The notes under the pieces were generated by a model. The model saw nothing but the letters and a program-made list of their open reading frames with translations. It was not told where the DNA came from and did not search any database. A stretch of DNA of 64,000 nt from Hypanus sabinus (lineage: Eukaryota), in contig NC_082727.1 of assembly GCF_030144855.1 (NCBI RefSeq), positions 41,044,001-41,108,000 on the forward strand, written 5' to 3'. Positions 11,721-22,957 of this stretch are shown here, one piece after another. Positions within the stretch are counted from its first letter, which is position 1. The number at the start of each line of letters is the position of its first letter. A program made the translations under genes and the position numbers.

Positions 11721-14092
11721 GAATTTAGCACTCTGGTAATAGGCCCTGTGGGTACCCTCCTTAGGGAGTCTTGGTGGTACAGTCACCTGAAGGCTGCGGG
11801 CAGTCTGGTTTTTTCAGTAAAGCGCATATTGCTAATCTCTACGTGGAGGACTTTGAAAGGGAATGGACTTAAAGGAGTTTAATGTTTTTCGTAGCTTAGA
11901 AATTCCAGCTTTATGGGCAAAAAGCTATAAAAGATCTCTTCATCTGTAGGTTGCAACATTTTTATTTCTTTGGCTTCAGAGCTGGTGAACAGTTTGGCAG
12001 GGTGTTCAGAACAGTTGCTCTCTCAAGGAAGCCAGTAGGCACGGAAGAAGAAAATGGTGTGAGCATTGGTGCTGGATGTTCTCCCTTTGGCTTCATTGTA
12101 TCCTCCAAAAATTTGGAAAAGCAGGAACACTCAAAAATGATATATCAGCCTTCAGTAAACCACGTCAAGGCTCTTCCAAAGTGTGATCAAGGCTTTGATC
12201 CTTTGTGAATTGAAGGGTACATGAGGAAATAGTGGTGCATGCCACAGATGTATTCCTCTAGATAATAAGTTTATATAAATTTCTCCCTGTACCCTTTATT
12301 ATAACTTGCAGGCAAATTCCCTGTTTACTCTTTTTTAAAAATATGTATCTATTTTGTTTCAACTTTTCCAATTCATTTGACAGTCACCAGTGGCATTCAC
12401 AAACTTTTAATTATCAATGTTGTACTGTAACTAAAAACTCTTAATAATTTCAGTATCTCAGAAATTCTGTCAGACTTCCAAGTAGTTCTGTCCAAGTGTT
12501 GTAAACCCGAAGTGTGTGGATCCTGTCCATCCATAGGAATACCAATGTTAACACAGTCCCTCATCTTCATTTACCAAGCACGATGCTAATATTTTAAATG
12601 AGTACCTTAAGTACCACAATGCAATGCAGATGAAAGCTAGCACTTGGTGCTACCAATAAATTTGTTACAGTTTCACAGAAAGGTTTTGTGTGAGGTGTCC
12701 ATTGATGAGAATGCAAAGAGTTATCATCCATACTTAATTGTCCTTGAAAAGACATTGAGTTGCCATCTGGAGCTATTGCCGTGTCTGTTTCCACACTACT
12801 CCGTGTAGAAATTGTACTAGTAATGGGATTTGGAGAGGAATTTACACAAGATACTACTCCTATTCATATGCTGCCCCTGTTTCAATTGAATTTGGAAGGT
12901 GCAGACAATGATTCTTTGAAATTTTTGCATATTTCAGTGCTTCAAGGAGGGGTTGTAATATCAATTAATGGCATACCTTTATCCTGGCTGAAGTCAAGTT
13001 ACTTCAGTGTAATTGCAGCTGTAGTCATCCATGAAAGTAGATGGTATTCTGTCCCAACACATACGTTGTAGATTATACATTGTATCACAAGTGGGAGCAG
13101 GAAGTTGAAAAAGTAGGGAGAAAAGGCAGAATGCATTTTTGAAAAAAAGTGGGAAACACTTGGACAGACTGTACAAGCAGACAAACTGAGAAATAGTAGC
13201 CAATATGGGAGAAGAGTGATGTTATCCAATTTTGATCCAAGAAGCAATGACACAAAATCAGGAGCAAAATACTTGTCCACAAAGAGAAATCATCAAAACC
13301 TATGAGGCAAGTATATAAAATAATCATGTACAAAAGCAATAAATAATGGAACATTGAAATATTGGTTTGGTTCCTCTGTTCAGATCCATTGAGTGTTGGG
13401 CTAACCACAATTTGACTAAAATGCTCAGTATTCGGCACTGCACCTGAGTAAGAAAATACTGATCTTAGTCAAACTGCAGTATAAATTTGCCAGCATGCTG
13501 CCAGGTTTCAGCGCACTGCATTTTGAAGACAAGTTGCATAAAGCTGATTTGCGTTCAGTTGAGTTTCGAAGACTAAGAAGTGATTTTCAAACTTGTCAGA
13601 TTAAAGTGGTGGTAAGACTTTGACAGGGTATTGAAAATACTTGCTGTGGACAACTTATGAGTAATATCAGAATTGTTTGTTTTAGTTATCGTGTGTAGTA
13701 GTCACCTGAAACATTGCAAAATTGCTGTAAATGTAAGGTCAATTGAAATTTTCAAGATGGATTGAAGCTTGAGTAAAAATTAAGGAGTGGTTCAGCTAGT
13801 TTATTAGGACTGAGGGACTGAATGGCCAGCTTTTATTCCCTTTGTAATCCAGTTCACAACTCATCTACATCTAGATTGTGCTCTCTGGGAACAAATATAA
13901 GTTTACAAATGCAACTACATTGGACTGTTTCAGCAATTCTGCTGATAATGCAAGAAGTTTTATAGTTGTGCAACCTATGGTGTTAATTTGTGCAAGTTTC
14001 TACATTATATAAACAGTAACTAATTGCAATTAGATTCATACAAATTATTTTTACAATGATGCTAACTTGAATTTATCTTTCCTTTGTGGCAG

Positions 14093-14365
14093 GTTATATT
14101 GTGTTCAGTGGTCCTCGACGAGCAAATGGTGTTCAAGGACTGCGTTTTATCATCCAATCGGAAAAACCTCCTAACTACCTGGAAAGTAGAGTTGAGGCTT
14201 TTCTCAAGACTATGGAAAAGCATATTGAGGAGATGACAGAGGAAGCTTTTCAGAAACACGTTCAGGCTCTGGCTATAAGGCGTCTTGATAAACCAAAGAA
14301 ACTCTCAGCTGAGTGCGCTAAGCACTGGAGTGAAATAATTTCACAACAATATAACTTTGACCGAG
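14093..14365 (+). CDS. IDE: IDE exon (human exon 21 equivalent)
   Basis: CAG acceptor, GTATTA donor; 273 nt; (G)[24 protein letters not shown]...[25 protein letters not shown]. Confidence 0.97.
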
Positions 14366-14969
14366 GTATTATAAAATAAATATTGCTAAAGCCATTGCTA
14401 GAAGTAAAATATGTGGTTTATAGGACTCAAACAATTACAGAATATAAAACTGGTTTTCACAAATAGGAGCAGCAAATACAAAATGCTGGAGGAACTCAGC
14501 AGGCCAGGCAGCACTGTTGATGTTTCAGTGCACAAATAGGAGGTCACTGTAGTTATTTGTGTAAATGTTGGATTGGGGTTGCAATTTATTTCCCATTTCT
14601 TCCCTGTGGATAAGGGAGAAGGGAGATATCCTTTCCCTTCAAGTCCTTGGTAATAATTTGTAATTGGCCAACAGCAAATTGGTTTGTTCTGATTTGGTGA
14701 TAGTGATGCTCTTTTTGGGGGACGGGGAAAAGTGATAGTTAACAGTATTGGGAAGATGTTGCAACATTGGAGCAAATTGTAATAATACTGCCGATACACA
14801 GCTGTTGCTGAATTCATACAAACTTGAGCCATGATTCCAGCAGTTGACTTCTCAGTCCTGGATTACAGCTCTGTGGCTGTACTTGTTGTTTTGTAAAAAA
14901 AGCATATTTAAACTAACTTAGATTAGAATGAGAATCCTATAATAAAGCATACTTGTAATATGATTCCAG

Positions 14970-15031
14970 ATAATATTGAAGTAGCACATCTGAAGACGCT
15001 GACTAAAGAGGACATAATAAATTTCTGCAAG
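14970..15031 (+). CDS. IDE: IDE exon (human exon 22 equivalent)
   Basis: TTCCAG acceptor, GTAAGG donor; 62 nt; (D)NIEVAHLKTLTKEDIINFCK. Confidence 0.95.
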
Positions 15032-15329
15032 GTAAGGTGCCATTCTTTTCTCACCATATAATAGCAGAAATTTGAGGAATTGTACATTTTACTTTTCTCA
15101 CAGGTCACATGAAATTTGTCTTGTGTCCACTGAATTACAAGGTCCATTTGAAGTTCTTTTTTAACAGCTGTGCAGATGTTGGCATCTGCATCTTCTATAA
15201 AAAGCCCTCATCAACCTTGGATGTTTGTTGACTTTGCCTGTGATAGCTGGTATCTTTGTTCAAAAAGTAATCACACAAATAGTACACCAAGCTATAAATA
15301 TGGATGTATAATTTTGTTTCTTTTCTTAG

Positions 15330-16480
15330 TCATAGAGTCGTAGTGCACTACAGCACAGAAGTAGGCCTTTCAAGCCACCTAGTCCGTGCCAAGCTGTTAT
15401 CCTGCTTAGTCCCATTAACTTGCACCTGGACCATAGCTCTCCTTAACCCTCTCCATGTACTAATTGTTGCAATTGAACCCGTATCCACCACTTCTGCTGG
15501 CAGTTTGTTCCGCCCTCTGAGTGAAGAAGTTCTCTTCAGGTTCCCCTCAACTATTTTTACCTGTGATCCTGAACCTGTACCTTTGTTCTAGTTGCGCCTG
15601 ACCTCAGTGGAAAAAAGCCTGCCTGCATTTACCTGTCTGTACCCCTTATAATTTTGCATACTTGTATCAAATCTCTGCTCGTTCTCCTGCATTCTAGAGA
15701 ATAAAGTCCTAACCTATTCATCCTTTATAACTCAGGTCCTCGAGTCTCAGCAACATCCTTGTAACTTTTCTCTGTATACTTTCAATCTTATTGATAATTT
15801 TCCTGTAAGTAGGTGACTAGAACGGCACACAATACTCCAAATTTGGCCTCACCAGCGATTTATACAACTTCAACATAACATCATAACTCCTATGCTCACT
15901 CTGATTTACAAAAGTCAATATGCCAAAAGCTCTCTATGTCCCTATCTACCTGTTAGCCACATTCAAGGAGTTATGGATTTGTATTCCTAGATCTCTCTAT
16001 TCTACCACACTCCTCAATGTCCCACCATTTACTGTGTAAATCCTGTTTGCCCTCCCAAAGTGCAGCATCTCATTTGGTATGCATTAAATTTCATCTGCCA
16101 TTTTTCTAGCTGGTCCAGGATCCCGCTGCAAGCGTTGATAGCCTTGTAAATTGCACCTGCAGCCATGGTGTCATCTGCAGATTTGGTGATCCAGTTTACC
16201 ACATTAGCATCCAGATCATTGATATAGATCTCAGACAACAATGGACTCAGCTCTATGCCTGCAGTAAACCACTAGTTTCAGGCCTCCTGTCAGAGAGGCC
16301 ACTGTTTCGTTTCCTCCCATGAAGCCAGTGTTGAGTCTGATTTACTGTTTTATCTTAAATGCCAAGCAGCTGAACCTTCTTGACCAGCCTACCATTCAGG
16401 ACGTTTTCAAAGGCAAAGTCCATGTAGGCAGCACCCACTGTCTTTTTTGCTTCATCAAGTTTCCTGGTAACCACCTCGGA
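15330..16480 (-). mobile_element. CR1/HER1 LINE 3' fragment
   Basis: IYINDLDANVVNWITKSADDT and WQMKFNA RT motifs (ORF 16029-16241); CR1 3' tail at the left end. Confidence 0.85.
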
Positions 16481-16602
16481 AAAACTCCTCAGTCTTTTTT
16501 TCAGCATGAAAGCTTAAAAAGATGAAGATATTATAAATTATAAATATTGTTCATATTTATTCCTAATGCAATAATTGGGCAAAAAGGTTGGCATAGCCAC
16601 AG

Positions 16603-16925
16603 GACAGCACAGTGGCACAGCTAGTACAGCCACAGCTTTGCAACCCCAGGTGCCTAGGTTCAATCCTGACCTTGGATGCTCTCTGGTCAGACTTCGCATG
16701 AATTCCATGTGACTGCTTGGGTTTTCGCCAGATACTCCTCCCACATCCTAAAGGTTGGAAGGTTAATTGGGCACTGCAATTTTCCCCTTGTATATAGGCA
16801 TGTTGCAGAATCTGGGAAGAATTAAATGAGAATTAAAAAAATAAGATTGATATAAAGATCAGTGTAAATGGTGAAGGTCAATTTGGACTCAGTTGGCGAA
16901 AGAGCCTGTTTACTGGCTGTAAAAC
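16603..16925 (+). mobile_element. V-SINE (HE1-like), degenerate
   Basis: tRNA-like head with GGTTCAATCC B-box, decayed V-domain TGCTTGGGTTTTCGCCAG...CTCCCACATCCTAAAG and a LINE-like tail. Confidence 0.7.
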
Positions 16926-19093
16926 TATGCATTCCTTGAAAGGTAATCTTATAATAAGATAAGCAAGGTAATAGAAATATTTGAGACTAAAAGCAAATTA
17001 CTTCAGATGCTAGAATTCTGAAATAACAGCAAAAGATGTTGTAAATACTTGGGAGATGAGAGAGAAGTTATGTAAAGAGCCAATGGTTTCTTATCGTAAA
17101 GAGCCAATGGTTTCTTAACAGAACAAAGAAAATTGATAGAATTAGTTTTAGAGTTGCACAGTGAAGGAGGTAGGTGAAGAGAGCAAAAGAGTGCGATAGC
17201 AATTAAATGTAAATTGTTTGCTATTAAAATTGGTACATCAACTTTAAAAGTAGGTTGCTTCTTCCCAGTAATGTTTTGAATTTATAGACATATCTTGAGG
17301 TGTAAAGGGAATAATTTTAGTTCAGAGAGCACAATCTATACAAAATCTCAGATGATTATTTATGAAAAATGTATTTATTTCATATTTTCCCAATGCATAG
17401 ACAGTTTTTGTGAAAAATCATCCTCGAATCCAATCTGGCAACAGGAAGCAATGTCAATTCTTTCATAAGACAGTACCTATGGAGATTTTTGCAATAGTAA
17501 AAACATTGCATAAAACATTTTTTATGCTCAGTGTATTGTCTTTTTAGCTTCAAATTTACTCAAACTATTTTCTCCAGCGCTTCCATACTATAGTAATTTA
17601 CTGAAAGATATTAAAGGCATCATTCTCATTAACTTTTTTCTTTCCCAGAATTTCACGTACAGCAGGAACTTGATGTCCATTTTCTCTCCCCGCCCAGCAT
17701 ATCTGTGTTACTGCTATGCCTCATCACCACTTTTCATATCTTACAAATCCCCTTTCAGCATTATCCAATCATTCTGTCCCATTTTCATTCTCTAACCTCA
17801 CGTGTGCAGGTTCCTTTTATTTCCACTATAAATCTGCAGTTTGAAATCACTTTTGAGTGGCCAGAGCTTTGAAAGAAAAAGATAAATACCCTGTTGAACT
17901 ACATTTTCAATTGTAATTGTAACTGGGTTGTAATAATACTAACTTAATATATTGAATTACCTCAAATCAATGATCTGTTGATTATTTTGTCTCATTGTGA
18001 AGAAAACTGCGAGGGGTCCATTTTACATTTTGAAATGTTACTCCAAGTGAAACCTCTATGTATAGGTTACCCTATACCAATTTGGAGTTTTCAAAAATAA
18101 ACTCTGATTTCATTTCATAATTGTGCTTGGTGTGATTGAAAGACCTTCATAACATAAAATGTGAACCATTTGTAATGTTTCAAGTGGTGAATTAAATCTG
18201 CCGTTTTAAATCATGTCTGTATTAAAGTTCAAAGTTCAACTGTAACACCTGATATTTAGTAATTCCCAGTTCAAAAAAAGCCTCAGTAATTATTAATTCA
18301 GGAAGTAACCTTTGGAGTGTATTTTTGATATCTAAGCTAGATGTAGTTATCATGTAATTTTTTTGTACATTGTGCAGCGCAGCAGTATTTTGCCCAAACG
18401 ATATAATCATTTCCAATTCATTCCTAGCAGGAATATGTATTCAGTATTCATATGCAAATGTAACATATTGCACATTAAAGAAAGATGAAAATATAAATGT
18501 GATTCAAGCCGTTACCTAGCAACAGCAAGGATCCTTGATGCAAATTGTTCTAATGTACATGTTCACATGGAGCTCATTATCCCCAGTGAGAAATAAGATT
18601 GTCCTTGAATGTAATTGTTTGCCTGTGTCATCAATGAGTAGTATCAAATTGTTTTGGTCACTTATTTTGAAGGCTTTAGATTCCACAGTATCTTGCAGAA
18701 AATGCATGTAGACTGAGTAATTGTAATTCTGAATCTGGGAGTGTTATTGTTCTTTTAATTCATACTTTCATTCTAAATGCAGCATCTTTTCTTTTCTCTC
18801 CAAATGTGATTCATCTCCAATCCAGAGATAATGCTGCTGTTTGGTAGAACACTGCAGAAACCCACCCATACAGCTGTTTTGCTTTGGGCATTGACCAGAA
18901 TTATAGAAGAAATACAAACTTAATGCTTGCTTTTTAGAGATTCATGGCACAGCTCTGGCATAGTTTAGTAGTTCATATGCATCCTTAGTGATCTTAGTGA
19001 GATCTCCTCACTGCAGCATAACTGCTGCCATAAGCAAGGTTTCAGAATCTGGTGTTTGCCACATTCACAGTAGTTATCATTTCAAATCTTGGC

Positions 19094-19293
19094 CAATGTT
19101 CCCTGTAATTTTTTTTACAGCTACATAGACCAACCATTGCTTTGAGCAGGAAATTTTTACACTGCCTGAAAACTGCAAAGCACTTTAATAAGACGTTATA
19201 TGAAAGGAAATTCCAGCCACACAGCAGCAAACGCTATGTGCATGGGAGCACTTCAGTTACTATGCAGCCATGCACCTGCACATGGGAACAGTG
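19094..19293. mobile_element. 200 bp non-autonomous hAT element
   Basis: TIRs CAATGTTCCC / GGGAACAGTG; perfect 8-bp TSD ATCTTGGC at 19086-19093 and 19294-19301. Confidence 0.85.
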
Positions 19294-19789
19294 ATCTTGG
19301 CTTTCACAGAAGGCCTATAGGTGTTTTTAAATTATTGCCAACTTCATTTAGTTGAAGGCACCCAAAGCTAAGGCATTTTTTAAATAATTTGAGGAAATTA
19401 CAATGAAAAGGTGCTGATTGATTTGTACATAGTCGATTCTGCAAGGACAATTCACACAATAATAGAAATCTGAAATGAAAACAAGAATTCTGGAAATGGT
19501 CAGGCAAGGGAACATTTGTTGAAATTTTTCCGAATGATGACCTTTGATCAGAAATGATGACCTTTGATCAGAAATGCTTTAAGAGAGGGGAAAGGGGTGG
19601 AAAAAATTTAGGAAATATCTATGATGCAGAAACCACAGCAGATATGGCACAAAAAATGGAGAAGTAATTCACCTGATTAACAAAAGAAGTAAGATTGAGA
19701 TAAAGTAACTGAAAAGCAGATTAAGAACAGCGTAGATTTCAGCAAAGGATAATAAAATTGAAAAGTAGCGTGGAAGAAGAAAAAGAAGA

Positions 19790-20630
19790 CATACAGGAGT
19801 GAAATATGTCAATTAGTGGAGTGGTGCAGCAGCAACAACCTGGCACTCAACGTCAGTAAGACGAAAGAGCTGATTGTGGACTTCAGGAAGGGGAAGACAA
19901 AGGAACTCATCCTTATTGAGGGATCAGAAGTAGAGAGAGTGAGCACTTTTCAAGTTCCTGGATGTCACGATCTCTAAGGATCTAACCTGGTCCCAACATA
20001 TCGATGTAGTTATAAAGAAAGGAAGACAGTGGCTGTACTTCATTAGGAGTTTGAAGAGATTTAGCATGTCAACAAATACATCCAAACACTTCTATAGATG
20101 TACGGTGGAGAGCATTCTGACGGGCTGCATAACTGTCTGGTATGGAGGGGCTATGGCACAGGACTGGAAGAAGCTGCAGAGGGTTGTAAATCTAGTCAGC
20201 TCCATCTTGGGTATTAGCCTACAAAGTACCCAGGACATCTTCAGGGAGCAATGTCTCAGAAAGGCAGCATCCATAATTAAGGACCTCCAGCACCCAGGGC
20301 ATGCCCTTTTCTTACTGTTACCATCAGGTAGGGGATACAGAAGCCTGAAGGCACACAGTCAGCAATTCAGGAACAACTTCTTCCCCTCTACCATCCGATT
20401 CCTAAATGGTCATCAAACCCTTGGACACTACCTGACTTTTTAAAATATATAGTATTTCTGTTTTTTGTGTGTTTTTTAATCTATTCAATATACATATACT
20501 GTTATTGATTTACTTATTTATTATTATTTTTATTTTATTTTTCTCTTTTATATTATGAGTTGCATTGAACTGCTGCTGCTAAATTAACAAATTTTACATC
20601 ACATGCAGGTGATAATAAACCTGATTCTGA
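19790..20630 (+). mobile_element. Rex1/Babar-type LINE 3' fragment
   Basis: LVEWCSSNNLALNVSKTKELIVDFRK and FYRCTVESILTGCITVWYG; tail AATAAACCTGATTCTGA. Confidence 0.85.
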
Positions 20631-21969
20631 AACTTAACCATAAAAATGGACATAAAACCTTTTAGAAATAGGTGAAAAAAATACTGGATCAAAGACTAGA
20701 CTTATACAGGACCTTTGTGAGACTAATGGAGTACACAAGTTCACCAGACTTGGTGGAATTGTCTCATGAAGAATAATAGAGGATCTAATGGAAACTTGAA
20801 AAATCTTCAGGAGTAGACAGACTAAAAGAGCAAAGGATGTTTTCCCTGATGAGAGGGTCCAGAAGGAAGATTCACAGTCTTCAGGTGTGCAGCAGGACAA
20901 TTAGGACTCAGATGAGAAGCAATTTCATAACTCAAAGTGAATCCGGAATTAGCTGCTGCAGAAGGCTGTAGAGGAAATGGATGTTTTTATATATGTAAAA
21001 GGCATAAAGGGGTGAGGGGCAAATTTGGAAATATGGTACTGAAAGAGATGATCAACCAGGATCATATTGTATGGTAGAGCAAGTTCGAATGTCTGAGTGC
21101 CTCCTACAACTCATTATTTCATTTTCCCAATATCAGAATCAGGTTTATTATCACTGATTTAAGTTGTAAAATTTGGTGTTTTGCAGCAGCAGTACAGTAA
21201 GACACGGACATTACTAATTTACTAAATAAATAGTGCGAAAGATAAGTATCAAGGTGGTGTTCATGGTATTTTTGGACTATTCAGAAATCTGATTGCGTAG
21301 AGTATTGAATATGCATCTTCAGGCTCCTATATCTTATCCCTGATGTAGAAATGTGAAGTGGGCATGAGGATCCTTAAAGATGGATGCTGCCTTCTTGAAG
21401 CACCACCTTTTGAAGATATCCTTGAAGGTGTCTTTATCTTTCCAAATCTACTGTACACTTTTGTCCCCAAGTTGTAAATGTGTTTTACTCCTTTCATTGT
21501 TATTAAGATATTCTTTTCTTGCTTCCTTTTATCACACTGAATGCTGTGCACACTCAGTATTTTAAAGCACTGCCTACCGCATTTGATTCTATTTGTCAGG
21601 GTAGTGGTGTCTTCCTGATTTTAAATGAAATTTGTTAGAGGAAACAACTTCCTTTTACATGTACTGATGCCAGCCCATCTTTCTCCCCCTCCCAGGAATT
21701 GAGATCTCTACCTCCCACTGAATTAGCTATAAAATTAGTGTTATGATGTCCCTATGCCAATCCTTGCTTGACTTAAGTACCAATATGACAGTTTTCTGTA
21801 TTATTCTTGTAATTTCAATACCATATTTTCAAACACACTTGGCAGAACCTTATTCATGGATATAAGCTCCTGTATGAAAATTGGTAACTTTATCCTTGCC
21901 CTCCAACTTCAAAGACTCCAACTTTGACAATCTTGTTGTTTCCAGGTCCCAGCTGCAGCTAACATAATT

Positions 21970-22615
21970 TCCATAGGTGCAGAGTTAGTCTATTCAGCCC
22001 ATTGAGTCTGTTCCACTATTTTATTATGGCTGATTTATTATCCTTCTCAACTCCATTCTCCTGCCTTCTCCCCATAACCTTTGACATCCTGACTAATCAA
22101 GAATCTATCAACCTCCACTTTAAATATATCCTATATCTTCCTCTCCACAGACATATCTGGCACTGAGTTTCACAGGTACACCACACTCTGGCTCAATAAA
22201 TTCCAATCTTTTTTTTTAAATGGAGGCTCTCTATTCCATGGATTCCCAACCTGGGTCCAAGGACTCTTTGCATAATGGTGAGGGCACATGAATTAAAAAA
22301 TGTTGGGAACCCTTGCTCTATTCTGATGCCGACGTCTCTGGTCCCAGACTCCCCAGCTATAAGAAACATCTTCTCCACATGCACTCTATCAAGGTCTTTC
22401 AATATTGGATAGGTTTTAATGAGATCCCACTTATTCTTCTAAGCGGGTACATCCCCTATGTTAACCTTTTCATTCCTGCATTAATTCTTGTGAACCTCCT
22501 CTTGTCCCTCACCAATGACAACACACAATACTCCAACTGTGGTCTGACCAATGCCTTGTAAATCCTAAGTATTTCATCCTTGCTCTTATATTTTAATTCT
22601 CTTGAAATGAATGCT
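21970..22615 (-). mobile_element. CR1/HER1 LINE 3' part (left half of the element interrupted by L1)
   Basis: CR1 3' tail and ORF2 C-terminus (MKDLDRVHVEKMFLIAGESGTR); continues at 28249-28615. Confidence 0.85.
22237..22315. mobile_element. 79 bp hAT (Charlie-type) MITE nested in CR1
   Basis: TIRs CATGGATTCCCAAC / GTTGGGAACCCTTG (12/14 match); 8-bp TSD CTCTATTC at 22229-22236 and 22316-22323. Confidence 0.85.
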
Positions 22616-22957
22616 TTCTTTTTCTTTTTACAATATTTTTATTCAGAAGAAAAAAAAAGATTTACAGAGTGCAACACATCGATACATCTCAACATAACTT
22701 GCGTACATTCATATATTGTAATAAAATTGATCAAAATGTTATAGCATAACACATAAAGGTATACCACTCTGTAATCAAAAATTTAAAGATAGGTCATACA
22801 TCATAAAAGAAATTTTTTTATATACAAAAAAAGTCAACCCCCTACCAACTACCACAGTAAAAAGCTGATGGATGACAATGGATAATTAGAAAAAAAAACA
22901 TATTCACTTAAGAAGAGAAGATAAAAATATACATAAAAGTCTGTGCACTGTTAAACT

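Noticed and set aside
11950-13440. Cluster of 65-117 aa ORFs and an AG acceptor-like site in intron 20
   Set aside because: No recognisable homology, frequent stops in all frames and no consistent exon structure.
19534-19575. ATGATGA box-C-like motifs suggesting an intronic snoRNA
   Set aside because: Explained by a tandem duplication within a repeat remnant; no terminal stem or well-placed D box.
17072-19576. Short direct repeats as a possible CRISPR-like array
   Set aside because: Only two adjacent units each, no spacers, and a eukaryotic context.
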